Source: Nitriliruptorales bacterium
GTDB lineage: Bacteria > Actinomycetota > Nitriliruptoria > Euzebyales > Egibacteraceae
DNA: 64,000 nt
Assembly (NCBI GenBank): GCA_007119035.1
Contig: SKQL01000082.1
Span: 2,832-66,831 of the forward strand
Direction of reading: 5' to 3'
The notes beneath the pieces were generated by a model. That model worked only from the letters and a program-made list of their open reading frames with translations. It was not told the DNA's origin and searched no databases. Shown piece after piece: positions 47,251-58,553 of the stretch (the first letter of the stretch is position 1; each line of letters opens with the position of its first letter). Both the position numbers and the translations under genes were made by a program.

Positions 47251-47621
47251 TGCGAAACGACCCCCTTGGCAGTGATCGGGTGCCGGACAAGCTGCGGGAC
47301 GGCTGGCCCGCGCCTCTTGCGGACCTCCTGCCCGGACTGACGAGCCGAAAGGGCTGGCGCGAGCGTCTCGAGGAGGCGCGCGTGCACGACGTATGGGAAG
47401 AGGTGGCGGGTGCGGAGCTCGCCGCACACGTGTGGCCGGTGCGCCTCCACGGCGGCGTCCTCGTCCTCGAAGCGGAGTCCGCGGCATGGGCGACCCAGAT
47501 CCGGTACCTGTCGGGTGACCTCGCGCGCAAGGCGAACGAGGTGCTCGGCGGTCAGCACGTGACCCAGGTGCGTGTGGTCAGCGGGTCGCGTGAGCGCGGC
47601 GGGTCGACAGGGAATCGGTAA
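47247..47621 (+). CDS. DUF721 (DciA-like) protein, Rv0004-like
   Basis: 124 aa. The WEEVAG..LAAHVWPVRLHGGVLVLEAESAAWATQIRYL pattern is typical of DUF721. Conserved position between recF and gyrB. ATGA overlap with recF. Confidence 0.75.
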   Translation: MMRNDPLGSDRVPDKLRDGWPAPLADLLPGLTSRKGWRERLEEARVHDVWEEVAGAELAAHVWPVRLHGGVLVLEAESAAWATQIRYLSGDLARKANEVLGGQHVTQVRVVSGSRERGGSTGNR

Positions 47622-47742
47622 CCGCGCTGGCAAAATACCTATGACCTGCATAAACGGCTTGTGGACGCCTAGGAGGCCCGAGTCCGGGCTGTGGTATGAT
47701 GGGGCCTACCCGGGGCCTTGCTGGCGCTGACCGCGCCATTAG

Positions 47743-49800
<2,058 letters not shown>

Positions 49801-49801
49801 T

Positions 49802-50842
49802 GTGGCTCGAACGGGCCTGTTGGTGAGGCGGGCGCCTGGCATCCTTCTCGTCGTGGCCGGGTTGCTCCTGTCCGGATGCGAGCTGGCACAGCTGCCGTTC
49901 GTCTCGGAGGAGGCCTCCGGTGAGCCGGCCCGGAACTCCCTCGCGCACGACGACGAGAAGACGGTGTCGTTGACGATCTACCTCCGCACGGGGGGCTCGA
50001 CGGACTCCATGCTAAAGCCCGTTCAGCGCGAGGTCCCCATCGAGGGCGACCTGCCGCACAAGGCCGTGGAGCTGCTCCTGTCCGGGCCGTCGGAGGATGA
50101 GAGGCTCGAGGCAGCGTGGCCGGTTGGCACGGACGTCATCGGGGTTGCCGTCGACGGGGGTGTGGCGACCGTCGACCTGACACACGACGCCCTTGGCGAG
50201 GTGAGCGAGCGCCCTGAGCAGCTGGCTCACCTCGAGTCGCTCGCGTTGGGCGCCCTCGTCAACACCTTGACCGAGTTCCCCTCCATCGACGAGGTCCGCG
50301 TCACCGTGGACGGCCACACGCCCGGGAGCCGCGATGACGTGGCCGACTTCTGGGGCGGCTGGGGCATCCCCGAGTCCATGACTCGCGACGAGACCTTGAT
50401 CGGCGAGGAGGGTGAGGCGACCTCACCACACCTCGATGATTTCGGGCTCGAGACCCAGTCTGTGGGGTCCATGAAGGTTCCGGAGGTGGTCGTTCGCAGC
50501 GTTCGGATCCGTGACCGGGTCACCTATGTCCGTATCGTCGTCGAGATCGGCGACGCCGCAGACCCCGACCGGCCTCCCGATGGATTTCCCCGGAGCCGGG
50601 CGCAGATGAGCGCGGGTGCTCTGACGCTGGAGGTCGCAGACGTGCAGCCGCTGGCGGACGCGACGCTGGCCGATGAGCTCACCGAGCATGCAGGACCATG
50701 GTTCAGGGAGGTCTCGGTCACGGAGGCCACGGGGCTCGACGGGCTGCGCTTGCGCTTCGCGCCTCGAGGCGAGGAGGTCGCGCCCTTCCATCTGCACACC
50801 CGAAGAAGCCCCAGCCGCATCGTCCTCGACGTGAAGAAGTGA
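49802..50842 (+). CDS. Lipoprotein with a GerMN domain and an AMIN-like C-terminal domain
   Basis: GTG 49802 lies 1 nt after the gyrB stop. Lipobox LLLSGC. GerMN pattern ([37 protein letters not shown]). The C-terminus ends ..[10 protein letters not shown], which is AMIN-like. Confidence 0.65.
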   Translation: MARTGLLVRRAPGILLVVAGLLLSGCELAQLPFVSEEASGEPARNSLAHDDEKTVSLTIYLRTGGSTDSMLKPVQREVPIEGDLPHKAVELLLSGPSEDERLEAAWPVGTDVIGVAVDGGVATVDLTHDALGEVSERPEQLAHLESLALGALVNTLTEFPSIDEVRVTVDGHTPGSRDDVADFWGGWGIPESMTRDETLIGEEGEATSPHLDDFGLETQSVGSMKVPEVVVRSVRIRDRVTYVRIVVEIGDAADPDRPPDGFPRSRAQMSAGALTLEVADVQPLADATLADELTEHAGPWFREVSVTEATGLDGLRLRFAPRGEEVAPFHLHTRRSPSRIVLDVKK

Positions 50843-50876
50843 TCCGCATGATGAGCACACGGATGGTGGCCCGACA

Positions 50877-53408
50877 ATGACCGACGAGAACACCCCTCCC
50901 GACTTCGACGACCTGCCCGCGGTCCCCGACCCAGACTCCCCACTTGCGGATGTGGCGCTGCGGGTCGAGCCGATCGAGATCGAGGACGAGCTCCAGCGCT
51001 CGTACCTGGACTACGCGATGAGCGTGATCGTGGGTCGGGCCCTCCCGGATGTCCGTGACGGGCTGAAGCCGGTCCACCGCCGGATCATCTTCTCGATGTT
51101 CGAGGGAGGCCTCCGCGCGGGCACCCAGCACCGCAAGGCCGCTTCCGCGGTCGGCGATGTGATGAAGAAGTACCACCCCCACGGGGACTCCGCGATCTAC
51201 GACGCGCTCGTCCGGATGGGCCAGGAGTGGGCGATCCGCTATCCCCTGATCGATGGGCACGGCAACTTCGGGTCGATCGACGGCGACCCTCCAGCGGCGA
51301 TGCGGTACACCGAGGCGAGGCTCGCGGGCATCGCGATGGAGCTGGTGCGCGACATCGACGAGGAGACCGTCGACTTCGTCGAGAACTACGACGGTGAGGA
51401 GGAGGAGCCCGTAGTCCTGCCGAGCCGGTTCCCGAACCTGCTCGTCAACGGCTCCTCGGGGATCGCGGTGGGGATGGCGACCAACACGCCACCCCACAAC
51501 CTGGTGGAGACCATCGACGCCACGATCGCTGCGCTTCACGATCCAGAGATCACCCTCGATCAGTTGATGCGGCTCATGCCCGGGCCGGACTTCCCGACGG
51601 GTGCGCTGATTCTCGGTACGGACGGTATCCGGGAGGCCTACGAGACCGGCCGGGGCTCCATCCGCATGCGTGCGGTGTCAGAGATCGAGGAGGACGCCAA
51701 GGGCGAGCGGATCGTGGTCACCGAGCTGCCCTACCAGGTCAACAAGGCGAACCTCGCGATCAAGATCGCGGACCTCGTCAAGGAGAAGCGGATCACCGGC
51801 ATCCGCGATCTGCGCGACGAGTCGAAGCGCGACATCCGCCTCGTCATCGAGCTCAAGCGGGACGCGAACTCCCAGGTGGTGCTGAACCAGCTGTACAAGA
51901 TGACGCAGCTCCAGGAGTCGTTCGGCGTGATCAACCTCTCGCTGGTCGACGGGGTGCCCCGGACACTCGACCTGAAGACGACGGTCCAGGCCTACATCAG
52001 CCATCAGATCGAGATCGTCACCCGCCGGACCCAGTACCGGTTGCGCAAGGCGGAGGAGCGGGTCCACGTCCTCGAGGGGTTGATGGTCGCGCTCGACAAC
52101 CTCGACGCGGTGATCGCCCTCATCCGCGGAGCGGAGTCGGCGGATGCCGCGCTGACGGAGCTTCAGGAGCAGTTCGAGCTCTCAGAGATCCAGGCGCGGG
52201 CGATCCTCGACATGCAGCTGCGTCGGCTCGCGCAACTCGAGCGCCAGCGGATCATCGACGAGTACAACGAGCTGCAGGAGCGCATAGCGGATCTGCGCGA
52301 CATCCTCGCCCGCCCCGAGCGCGTGCGGGAGATCATCGTCGAGGAGCTCACGGAGATTCGCGACACGTACGGGGACGCGCGCCGCACCCGCATCGTGCCC
52401 GGCGAGGGCGAGCTCGACATGGAGGACCTCATCACACGCGAGGATGTGGTCGTCACCCTGACCCGCGCCGGGTACGTGAAGCGCACCAAGGCATCGGAGT
52501 ACCGCACACAGAAGCGCGGCGGCAAGGGCGTGGCGGGAACGACGTTGCGCGCGGACGACATCGTCCGTGACCTGTTCGTGACCACCACCCACCACTGGCT
52601 GCTCTTCTTCACCAACCAGGGCCGCGTGTACCGGGTCAAGACCTGGCAGATCCCCGAGAAGTCACGTACCGCGCGAGGTGTGTACGTGGCGAACGTCGAG
52701 GGCCTCGCGCTCCAGCCCGAGGAGACGATCGCGTCCGTGCTCTACCTCGAGGATCTCCAGGCGGAGAGCGATCGGCACCTGTTGTTCGCCACCAAGCACG
52801 GCATGGTGAAGCGGACGCCCCTGTCCGCCTACGACTCACCGCGCCAGGTGCTGATCGCGATAAAGCTCCGCGAGGGTGACGAGTTGATCGGTGTGCAGGT
52901 CACAGAAGGCGACGACGAGGTGTTCTTCGTCAGCCGCCGGGGCATGGCCATCCGGTTCCACGAGTCCGATGCCAGGTCGATGGGACGCGACACGAGCGGT
53001 GTGCGGGGCATGGCGCTCAGCGAGAGCGACGAGGTGCTTGCGATGACGCGCGCTGTGCCCGACGGACAGCTGCTCGTCGTCACGAACGAGGGCTACGGTA
53101 AGCGCACCCCACTCGAGCGCTACCCACAGCAGCGTCGGGGAGGCAAGGGTGTGAAGACAGCCCAGCTGTCAGACACCCGGGGCGGCCTCGTCGGCGCGCT
53201 CGTGGCTGCGTACGAGCAGGAGGTGTTTATCGTGACCGACTCAGGAACGATCATCCGGATGGATGTGAAGGACATCCGCCCGACCGGCCGCGCGACCCAG
53301 GGCGTGCGGGTGATGAAGCCCGGCGAGGGAGCGAAGGTCGCCGCGGTGGCACCAGTGGTAGGCGACGACGAGTTGGACGATGCCGGGGCCGAGCCCGGCC
53401 TCGACTGA
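50877..53408 (+). CDS. gyrA: DNA gyrase subunit A
   Basis: 843 aa. Active-site region [10 protein letters not shown], the QRDR region [15 protein letters not shown], and C-terminal beta-pinwheel repeats with the GyrA box QRRGGKGV. Confidence 0.95.
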   Translation: MTDENTPPDFDDLPAVPDPDSPLADVALRVEPIEIEDELQRSYLDYAMSVIVGRALPDVRDGLKPVHRRIIFSMFEGGLRAGTQHRKAASAVGDVMKKYHPHGDSAIYDALVRMGQEWAIRYPLIDGHGNFGSIDGDPPAAMRYTEARLAGIAMELVRDIDEETVDFVENYDGEEEEPVVLPSRFPNLLVNGSSGIAVGMATNTPPHNLVETIDATIAALHDPEITLDQLMRLMPGPDFPTGALILGTDGIREAYETGRGSIRMRAVSEIEEDAKGERIVVTELPYQVNKANLAIKIADLVKEKRITGIRDLRDESKRDIRLVIELKRDANSQVVLNQLYKMTQLQESFGVINLSLVDGVPRTLDLKTTVQAYISHQIEIVTRRTQYRLRKAEERVHVLEGLMVALDNLDAVIALIRGAESADAALTELQEQFELSEIQARAILDMQLRRLAQLERQRIIDEYNELQERIADLRDILARPERVREIIVEELTEIRDTYGDARRTRIVPGEGELDMEDLITREDVVVTLTRAGYVKRTKASEYRTQKRGGKGVAGTTLRADDIVRDLFVTTTHHWLLFFTNQGRVYRVKTWQIPEKSRTARGVYVANVEGLALQPEETIASVLYLEDLQAESDRHLLFATKHGMVKRTPLSAYDSPRQVLIAIKLREGDELIGVQVTEGDDEVFFVSRRGMAIRFHESDARSMGRDTSGVRGMALSESDEVLAMTRAVPDGQLLVVTNEGYGKRTPLERYPQQRRGGKGVKTAQLSDTRGGLVGALVAAYEQEVFIVTDSGTIIRMDVKDIRPTGRATQGVRVMKPGEGAKVAAVAPVVGDDELDDAGAEPGLD

Positions 53409-53427
53409 CGCTGTTAGGGGCTTGGAG

Positions 53428-53847
53428 ATGTCCTCACCGGACCAGACCGCAACCCAGCCCGCGACGGCCCCGCCGTCCAAGGCCGCTCCCCGTCCACGGG
53501 GCCAGGGCATCAGACGGCGGACGACCGTGCGCAAGGTCGACCCGTGGTCGGTGCTCAAGCTGAGCCTCGTGTTCTATTTCTGCCTGCTCCTTGTGGTCAT
53601 GCTGGGGTTGGCGGTGTTCTGGGCCGTGGTGAACCGGCTGGGCGTCGTCGACACGCTCCTGGCCTTCCTCGGCGAGCTCCAGTTCGACGTCGAGATCGAT
53701 GGCGGGAACCTGGCCCGCGCGGTCTTCCTGACGGGCCTGCTCAACGTGGTGCTGTGGAGCGGGATCAACGTGTTCGCGGCTCTTCTCTACAACCTGGTCG
53801 CCGATGTGGTGGGCGGATTGCGCGTCACGTTGCTCGACGACGAGTAG
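53428..53847 (+). CDS. DUF3566 membrane protein (Rv0007-like)
   Basis: In-frame ATG 53428. VRKVDPWSVLKLSLVFYFCLLLV... and a C-terminal LYNLVADVVGGLRVTL. Conserved position after gyrA. Confidence 0.75.
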   Translation: MSSPDQTATQPATAPPSKAAPRPRGQGIRRRTTVRKVDPWSVLKLSLVFYFCLLLVVMLGLAVFWAVVNRLGVVDTLLAFLGELQFDVEIDGGNLARAVFLTGLLNVVLWSGINVFAALLYNLVADVVGGLRVTLLDDE

Positions 53848-53900
53848 GGGTGGGCGTGTGCGGTCCGATCCGCTACTAGCTAGACTCATGTTTCGCACGA

Positions 53901-53975
<75 letters not shown>

Positions 53976-54008
53976 CGTCCTGCTGCCTTGCCCGGAAGGT
54001 TCGGATCG

Positions 54009-54122
54009 ATGCGTAAGCTCGCCTTGTTCACCATGATCGCAGCCGGCATCGCCGCCCTGCTGAGGAAGCAACGTGAGCGGGAGCTCGAAGAGGCGGTTTG
54101 GGAGGAGCCTCGCGACCTCTAA
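54009..54122 (+). CDS. 37-aa single-TM micro-protein (resembles the actinobacterial DLW-39 small protein family)
   Basis: Below the ORF-track size cutoff. My translation is MRKLALFTMIAAGIAALLRKQRERELEEAVWEEPRDL, with a TAA stop. A GGAAGG sequence lies upstream. The gene sits between tRNA-Ile and tRNA-Ala. Confidence 0.45.
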   Translation: MRKLALFTMIAAGIAALLRKQRERELEEAVWEEPRDL

Positions 54123-54139
54123 GCGGAGAGGTCGCACCC

Positions 54140-54212
54140 GGGCCCTTAGCTCAGTTGGTAGAGCGCCGCCTTTGCAAGGCGGAGGTCGCCGGTTCGATTC
54201 CGGCAGGGTCCA
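54140..54212 (+). tRNA. tRNA-Ala (anticodon TGC)
   Basis: Acceptor GGGCCCT/AGGGTCC includes the G3:U70 Ala identity pair. Anticodon loop CTTTGCAAG and T-arm GCCGG-TTCGATT-CCGGC. CCA is not encoded. Confidence 0.9.
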
Positions 54213-54274
54213 CCCACGTGTGAGGCCCACCACCGTCGGGCATCGTCGTTAGGACGTGCTGACAGGAGGTTTGG

Positions 54275-54826
54275 ATGCCATCTTTGACGCCCGACCTTTG
54301 GGCCGACCACTACAAGCGTCTGCGGCCATACGTCCTCGAGGAGTGGCCGGACGTGGACGAGGGTCGGCTCGGCGCGATCGTGGGCGACTTCGAAGCGTTG
54401 GTGGGCCTGGTCTCGCGGACGACCGGCTACTCCGAGGAGTTGGCGCGTCAGCAGCTGCTCGCGATCGACGTGGACGAGGAGGACGTGTCCACCGGCCCCG
54501 CGGGGGAGGAGCCGCCCGCGAGCCTCGACCAGCTGCGCCTCGCACAGGGGTTCGCCGCCGACGAGCGTGACATGGTCGTCCGCCACCTGGAGAAGCTCAA
54601 CCGTCGGCTGCGCAAGTTCTCTGCGGAAGCCACAGAGCTCGAGGTCAGCGTCAACCAGCGAGGGGAGACGAACCAGGAAGTCGTCCTCGAGGCGTGGTTG
54701 CCGAAATTCCCCCATATGGTCGCGACCTCCGGCGAGCCGGAGCTCAAGACCGCGTTGCGTGAGGCGCGCGACCGGATGTGGCGCCAGATCGACGACGCGG
54801 TCAACCGACGCAAGGAGCTGCGTTAG
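54275..54826 (+). CDS. HPF/RaiA-family ribosome-associated domain protein with an unrecognised N-terminal domain
   Basis: The C-terminal ~95 aa (VVRHLEKLNRRLRKF..ELEVSV..VVLEAWL..MVATSGEPELKTALREARDRMWRQI) fit the RaiA/HPF beta-alpha-beta-beta-beta-alpha pattern. I do not recognise the N-terminal ~85 aa. AGGAGG RBS. Confidence 0.5.
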   Translation: MPSLTPDLWADHYKRLRPYVLEEWPDVDEGRLGAIVGDFEALVGLVSRTTGYSEELARQQLLAIDVDEEDVSTGPAGEEPPASLDQLRLAQGFAADERDMVVRHLEKLNRRLRKFSAEATELEVSVNQRGETNQEVVLEAWLPKFPHMVATSGEPELKTALREARDRMWRQIDDAVNRRKELR

Positions 54827-54887
54827 CGCCTCGGACGAAGCGCACCGTACTCTGGGCCCTGACGGTCATCGAGCGGTTGGGGTAGCC

Positions 54888-55211
54888 ATGGGTCGTTGGT
54901 TCTGGGCGATCGTCGTCGTGGGGCTGCTAACCGCTGCGGCCACCCCCCTGCGCCCTGTCTACGTGCTGGCCCCCCTCCTCGGGTTATCCATCTGGCGGGT
55001 CGGCGTCGCGTCGCTTGCTTCATTCCGCAACGGGGCGGGACACATCCCCTCCGGGGATCCCGTCCCCCTGGACCTCGAAATCGAGCGGATCACGTTCTGG
55101 TGCCAGGGATGCGGCGCGGAGTTTCTCCTGCTGGTACGGGGGACAGAGTCGTCCCCGCGTCACTGCGGGGAGCGGATGACCGAGCGTCGAGAGGTCTCAC
55201 GGGGCTTGTGA
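54888..55211 (+). CDS. Small membrane protein with a C-terminal Cys/His-containing segment
   Basis: In-frame ATG 54888. Two TM helices followed by WCQGCGAEF...RHCGERM. The track ORF 54567.. over-extends. Confidence 0.4.
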   Translation: MGRWFWAIVVVGLLTAAATPLRPVYVLAPLLGLSIWRVGVASLASFRNGAGHIPSGDPVPLDLEIERITFWCQGCGAEFLLLVRGTESSPRHCGERMTERREVSRGL

Positions 55212-55344
55212 TTCGCGGTCGAGCCCTAATCACAGGGTTGTCGTCGAGTTTCCCCATCTGGGGATGAACCTGTGGAACAGAACAACGTCGACGCCATTTC
55301 GAACGGCCGTTTGTCCCCACCTGTGGATGAAGGTGGGGATAACG

Positions 55345-55572
55345 TCAACGGTATTTGCTGAGCAGCACGAGGCCGGCCCCCATCAGCGCGAACCCCCACA
55401 CGAGGTTCAGCGCGCCTCCGGGCAGCGTGACGACATAGCTCATCATCACGAGGAAGACCCCGAGCAGGATCGCTGCGAGGCCTGTCACCGCGAGCCATGC
55501 GGGGCTTCGCTTGCGCTTGCGCCCCGCGGTGCGCCGGTTGAGGGCTTGTTTCTTGGGGCGGGATCTTGCCAC
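55345..55572 (-). CDS. crgA: Cell division protein CrgA
   Basis: 75 aa. Basic N-terminus, two TM helices and a ..LLSKYR end. Conserved neighbourhood. Confidence 0.85.
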   Translation of the reverse strand: MARSRPKKQALNRRTAGRKRKRSPAWLAVTGLAAILLGVFLVMMSYVVTLPGGALNLVWGFALMGAGLVLLSKYR

Positions 55573-55645
55573 GGCGTATCCTTCCGTCCGGGAACGGGAT
55601 GGTAAGCCTCGACGTTGTGCAGGTGGTCAGTGGAAGAGGCGGGCG

Positions 55646-56422
55646 ATGCAGGGTGAGGAGCCTGAAGGCGGACCCCCCGGTCGGGGGACGCTTCGCGAGC
55701 CGCGGTTGTTGCTGGCCGCCACGCTCGGGCTGCTCGCGGCGATGCTCGTGATCTCAGCCCAGGCGGAGCGCTCGGGCCAGGTCGAGCCCACCGACCGGAT
55801 CGGCCGACGGATCGAGCTCTCAGAGCTCATCGCCCAGGAGCAGGACCGCACCGCTGAGCTCGAGGCCCGGGTCGAGGACCTGAGCGAGCAGGTCGCCCAG
55901 TACGAGTCGGCGGCGGTCGAGGGCTCGAGCGAGCTCGCCGACGTGCAGCGCGTCGTGGAGGAGCTGGCCGTGCCAGCGGGCTTGAGCGACGTGCGCGGAG
56001 CCGGCCTCGTCGTCACGCTCGAGGATTCTGTGCAGTCCTACGACGGCGAGGGCGATCCCAACGACCTCGTGATCCACGAGCAGGACATGCGGGCGGTGCT
56101 CAACGCGCTGTGGGCCGGGGGAGCGGAGGCCATCAGCATAAACGGCTCCCGGGTCCTCGCCACCAGCGCAATCCGGTGCGTGGGCACGACCCTCTACCTC
56201 AACGGGCGCTCCTATGTGCCACCGTTCGTCATCGAATCGATCGGCGACCCGGCGGACCTCGAGGCGGAGTTGGCCCGCGATTCAGCCGTCACCCGCTTCG
56301 CCGGAGCGGTGCAGGAGTTCGACCTCGGATTCGAGGTCGAGGCTTCCGAGGACCTTGTCGTTCCCGCCCACTCCGGGCTGTCCAACCTCGAGGTCGCACA
56401 GCCTGCGGGTGGGGAGTCCTAG
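55646..56422 (+). CDS. DUF881 domain protein (Rv0012-like)
   Basis: In-frame ATG 55646. TM anchor, coiled-coil, then VRGAGLVVTLED...VIHEQDMRAVLNALWAGGAEAISINGSRV. Confidence 0.8.
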   Translation: MQGEEPEGGPPGRGTLREPRLLLAATLGLLAAMLVISAQAERSGQVEPTDRIGRRIELSELIAQEQDRTAELEARVEDLSEQVAQYESAAVEGSSELADVQRVVEELAVPAGLSDVRGAGLVVTLEDSVQSYDGEGDPNDLVIHEQDMRAVLNALWAGGAEAISINGSRVLATSAIRCVGTTLYLNGRSYVPPFVIESIGDPADLEAELARDSAVTRFAGAVQEFDLGFEVEASEDLVVPAHSGLSNLEVAQPAGGES

Positions 56423-56424
56423 AC

Positions 56425-57114
56425 GTGCAGGCTCGAGGCTCGCGTCTGGTGGGCGCCTTCGGCTGGGTCCTCAGCGTCGCCGGCGCGGTGGTGCTGCTCT
56501 ACGTGGTCTACGTGCTCTTCTGGACGGGGCTTGGCACAAGCCGGGAGCAGTCGAGCATGCTCGAGCAGTGGGAGACCACCGTCGGTGAGGTCGAGGAGGC
56601 CACCGTGCGACCGGGGGTCGAAGGGGAGGCGGGCGAGCCTGCGCCACCCGAGCGCGACGATGTCGTCGGCACGGCGCCGGAGGTCGGGGACGCGGTCGCG
56701 GTGGTCGCGTTCCGCCGACAGGGGACGGAGGCGACCCCGGTGACCGACGACCACCTCGTCGTCGTCGAGGGGGTGGGTTACTCGGATCTGCAGCGGGGGC
56801 CGGGACACTACCCGGGCACCGCGATGCCCGGTGAGGACGGCAACTTCGCGGTGGCGGGGCACCGGGTGACCTACGGTGCGCCCTTCCATCGCCTCGACGA
56901 GCTGCGTGACGGTGACGAGATCCACGTGTGGGACCGCCAGGGTGAGCACTACGTCTACGCGATCCGCGACACCGCGATAGTGGCGCCCTCCGCGTCGTGG
57001 GTGATCGGCCGGGACCCGCTCGAGACCGCCGCCCCGACGATCACGCTCACGACCTGCCACCCGCGTTACTCGAATCGGGAGCGGATGATCGCGTTCGGGG
57101 AGCTCGTGTCGTGA
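56425..57114 (+). CDS. Class E sortase
   Basis: In-frame GTG 56425. N-terminal TM segment, catalytic His region NFAVAGHRVTYGAPF and the Cys motif ITLTTCHP. Confidence 0.8.
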   Translation: MQARGSRLVGAFGWVLSVAGAVVLLYVVYVLFWTGLGTSREQSSMLEQWETTVGEVEEATVRPGVEGEAGEPAPPERDDVVGTAPEVGDAVAVVAFRRQGTEATPVTDDHLVVVEGVGYSDLQRGPGHYPGTAMPGEDGNFAVAGHRVTYGAPFHRLDELRDGDEIHVWDRQGEHYVYAIRDTAIVAPSASWVIGRDPLETAAPTITLTTCHPRYSNRERMIAFGELVS

Positions 57115-57230
57115 GGATGCTGCGCGTGGTCGTCGTCTCGGTCGTGATCGCCTTGGTGGTGGTGTTGCTGTTCAGCGTCGTGTTCCCCTGGGTGGACCAG
57201 TTGCTCCTGACCGATCCCGTGATGGGATGA
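57111..57230 (+). CDS. 39-aa hydrophobic micro-protein
   Basis: GTG 57111 overlaps the sortase stop (GTGA), and the ORF's stop overlaps the next ATG (ATGA). Product VRMLRVVVVSVVIALVVVLLFSVVFPWVDQLLLTDPVMG. Coupling on both sides argues for translation. Confidence 0.4.
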   Translation: MRMLRVVVVSVVIALVVVLLFSVVFPWVDQLLLTDPVMG

Positions 57231-58543
57231 GCGACTCCGCTCAGCCGATGCCCCCGGGTGGGCGGGCCGTCCCGCCGGGTGTGCCCACGACGTATGAGTA
57301 CCCCCAGGTGACGGCCACCCGGCTGCTCGACGACGCCGCCCAGGACTTCCCCGAGACCGACGCGATCGACTCGAGCGGGCACCGTCTCACCTACCGGGCG
57401 CTCGCCGACCAGGTGGATCGCCTCGCGACCGCCTTCGCGGAGATGGGCCTGCGCGACGGCGATCGAGTCGGTGTCCTGCTCCCCGCCTGTCCCCAGCGCG
57501 TCGTGACGTTGTTCGCCGCCTGGCGGGTAGGGGCCGTCGTCGTCCTGCTCGAGCCGGATGAGCAGGATCTGCAGGCGCCGATCAACGAGACCGGTTGCCG
57601 GATCGTCGTCTGCCTCGCGCACCTCTACGCACGGCTGGGTGGCCTCAAGGGACGACTCGCGACAGTGACGCACATCCTTGCCACCGGCGTCGAGGACTAC
57701 CTTCCGTTCCCTCGGAACGTCGTAGCGCCGTTGACGCGTAGGCGTCGAGGCGCGTACCGCAGGATCCCACGCCGGGAGGGCGTCACCCGCTTCAAGGATC
57801 TGATACGGCGCACCGTCCCCGCGCCCCCGGAGCGCCCCACTCGGGCGGGGGTGCCAGCGATCGTGGCTGAGGGCTATGTCGCGACCCATGCGGAGCTGGT
57901 TGCGGGGGCTTTCCAGCTGCGTCTATGGGTTCCCGACATCCAAGCGGGACGGGAGCGGCTCGTGAACCTGGCGTCGCCCGCCTCGCTGGTCGAGGTGGGG
58001 GCCACGCTCGGACTGGGCGTGCTCGCCGCCTCCACCCTCGTCCTTCCCACCGGCGCCGGGTCGCCACCCACACGCGCGCTTCGGCGGAGCCACCCCACCC
58101 TGCTCGTCGGAGATCCGGGGATGTTCACGGCCGTCTCCGGGGGAGACCCGATCGAGTCCCTTCGCGTGGGGCTCGCCACCGGCCCGCTCGATCCCGCCAC
58201 GGTCCAGGCGATCCACGACGCGAGTGGTGCCCGTGTTCGCGGAGGCCTCGCCGTCCCGGGTGTGTCCGCCCTCGCCCACGCCAATCCCGTCTACGGTCGG
58301 GCCCGATTGCGGTCGGCGGGTCTGGCGCTACCCGACACGGAGACGGCGGTGGTCGCCGAGGACGGTAGCCCGCTGCCCCAGGGAGCGGTCGGTGCATTGG
58401 CCGTCCGCGGCCCGAGCGTCGCGGGTGCCCGCTGGTCCACGGGCGCCCGAGCAGCGGTGTCCCTCGGCGATCCCTGGGTGGCGACCCCGTTTCGGGGGCA
58501 CCTCGACGGAGACGGCTATCTCTGGCTCGACGAGCCCGCGTAG
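57227..58543 (+). CDS. AMP-binding (acyl-CoA synthetase-like) N-domain protein, apparently degenerate
   Basis: The N-terminal ~120 aa match the FadD-like pattern (LTYRALADQVDRLATAFAEMGLRDGDRVGVLLPACPQRV..AAWRVGAVVV). No TSGTTGxPKG-type P-loop is visible. The protein ends right after GDGYLWLDEPA, so the C-terminal subdomain is absent. Confidence 0.5.
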   Translation: MSDSAQPMPPGGRAVPPGVPTTYEYPQVTATRLLDDAAQDFPETDAIDSSGHRLTYRALADQVDRLATAFAEMGLRDGDRVGVLLPACPQRVVTLFAAWRVGAVVVLLEPDEQDLQAPINETGCRIVVCLAHLYARLGGLKGRLATVTHILATGVEDYLPFPRNVVAPLTRRRRGAYRRIPRREGVTRFKDLIRRTVPAPPERPTRAGVPAIVAEGYVATHAELVAGAFQLRLWVPDIQAGRERLVNLASPASLVEVGATLGLGVLAASTLVLPTGAGSPPTRALRRSHPTLLVGDPGMFTAVSGGDPIESLRVGLATGPLDPATVQAIHDASGARVRGGLAVPGVSALAHANPVYGRARLRSAGLALPDTETAVVAEDGSPLPQGAVGALAVRGPSVAGARWSTGARAAVSLGDPWVATPFRGHLDGDGYLWLDEPA

Positions 58544-58553
58544 GATGGGATCG

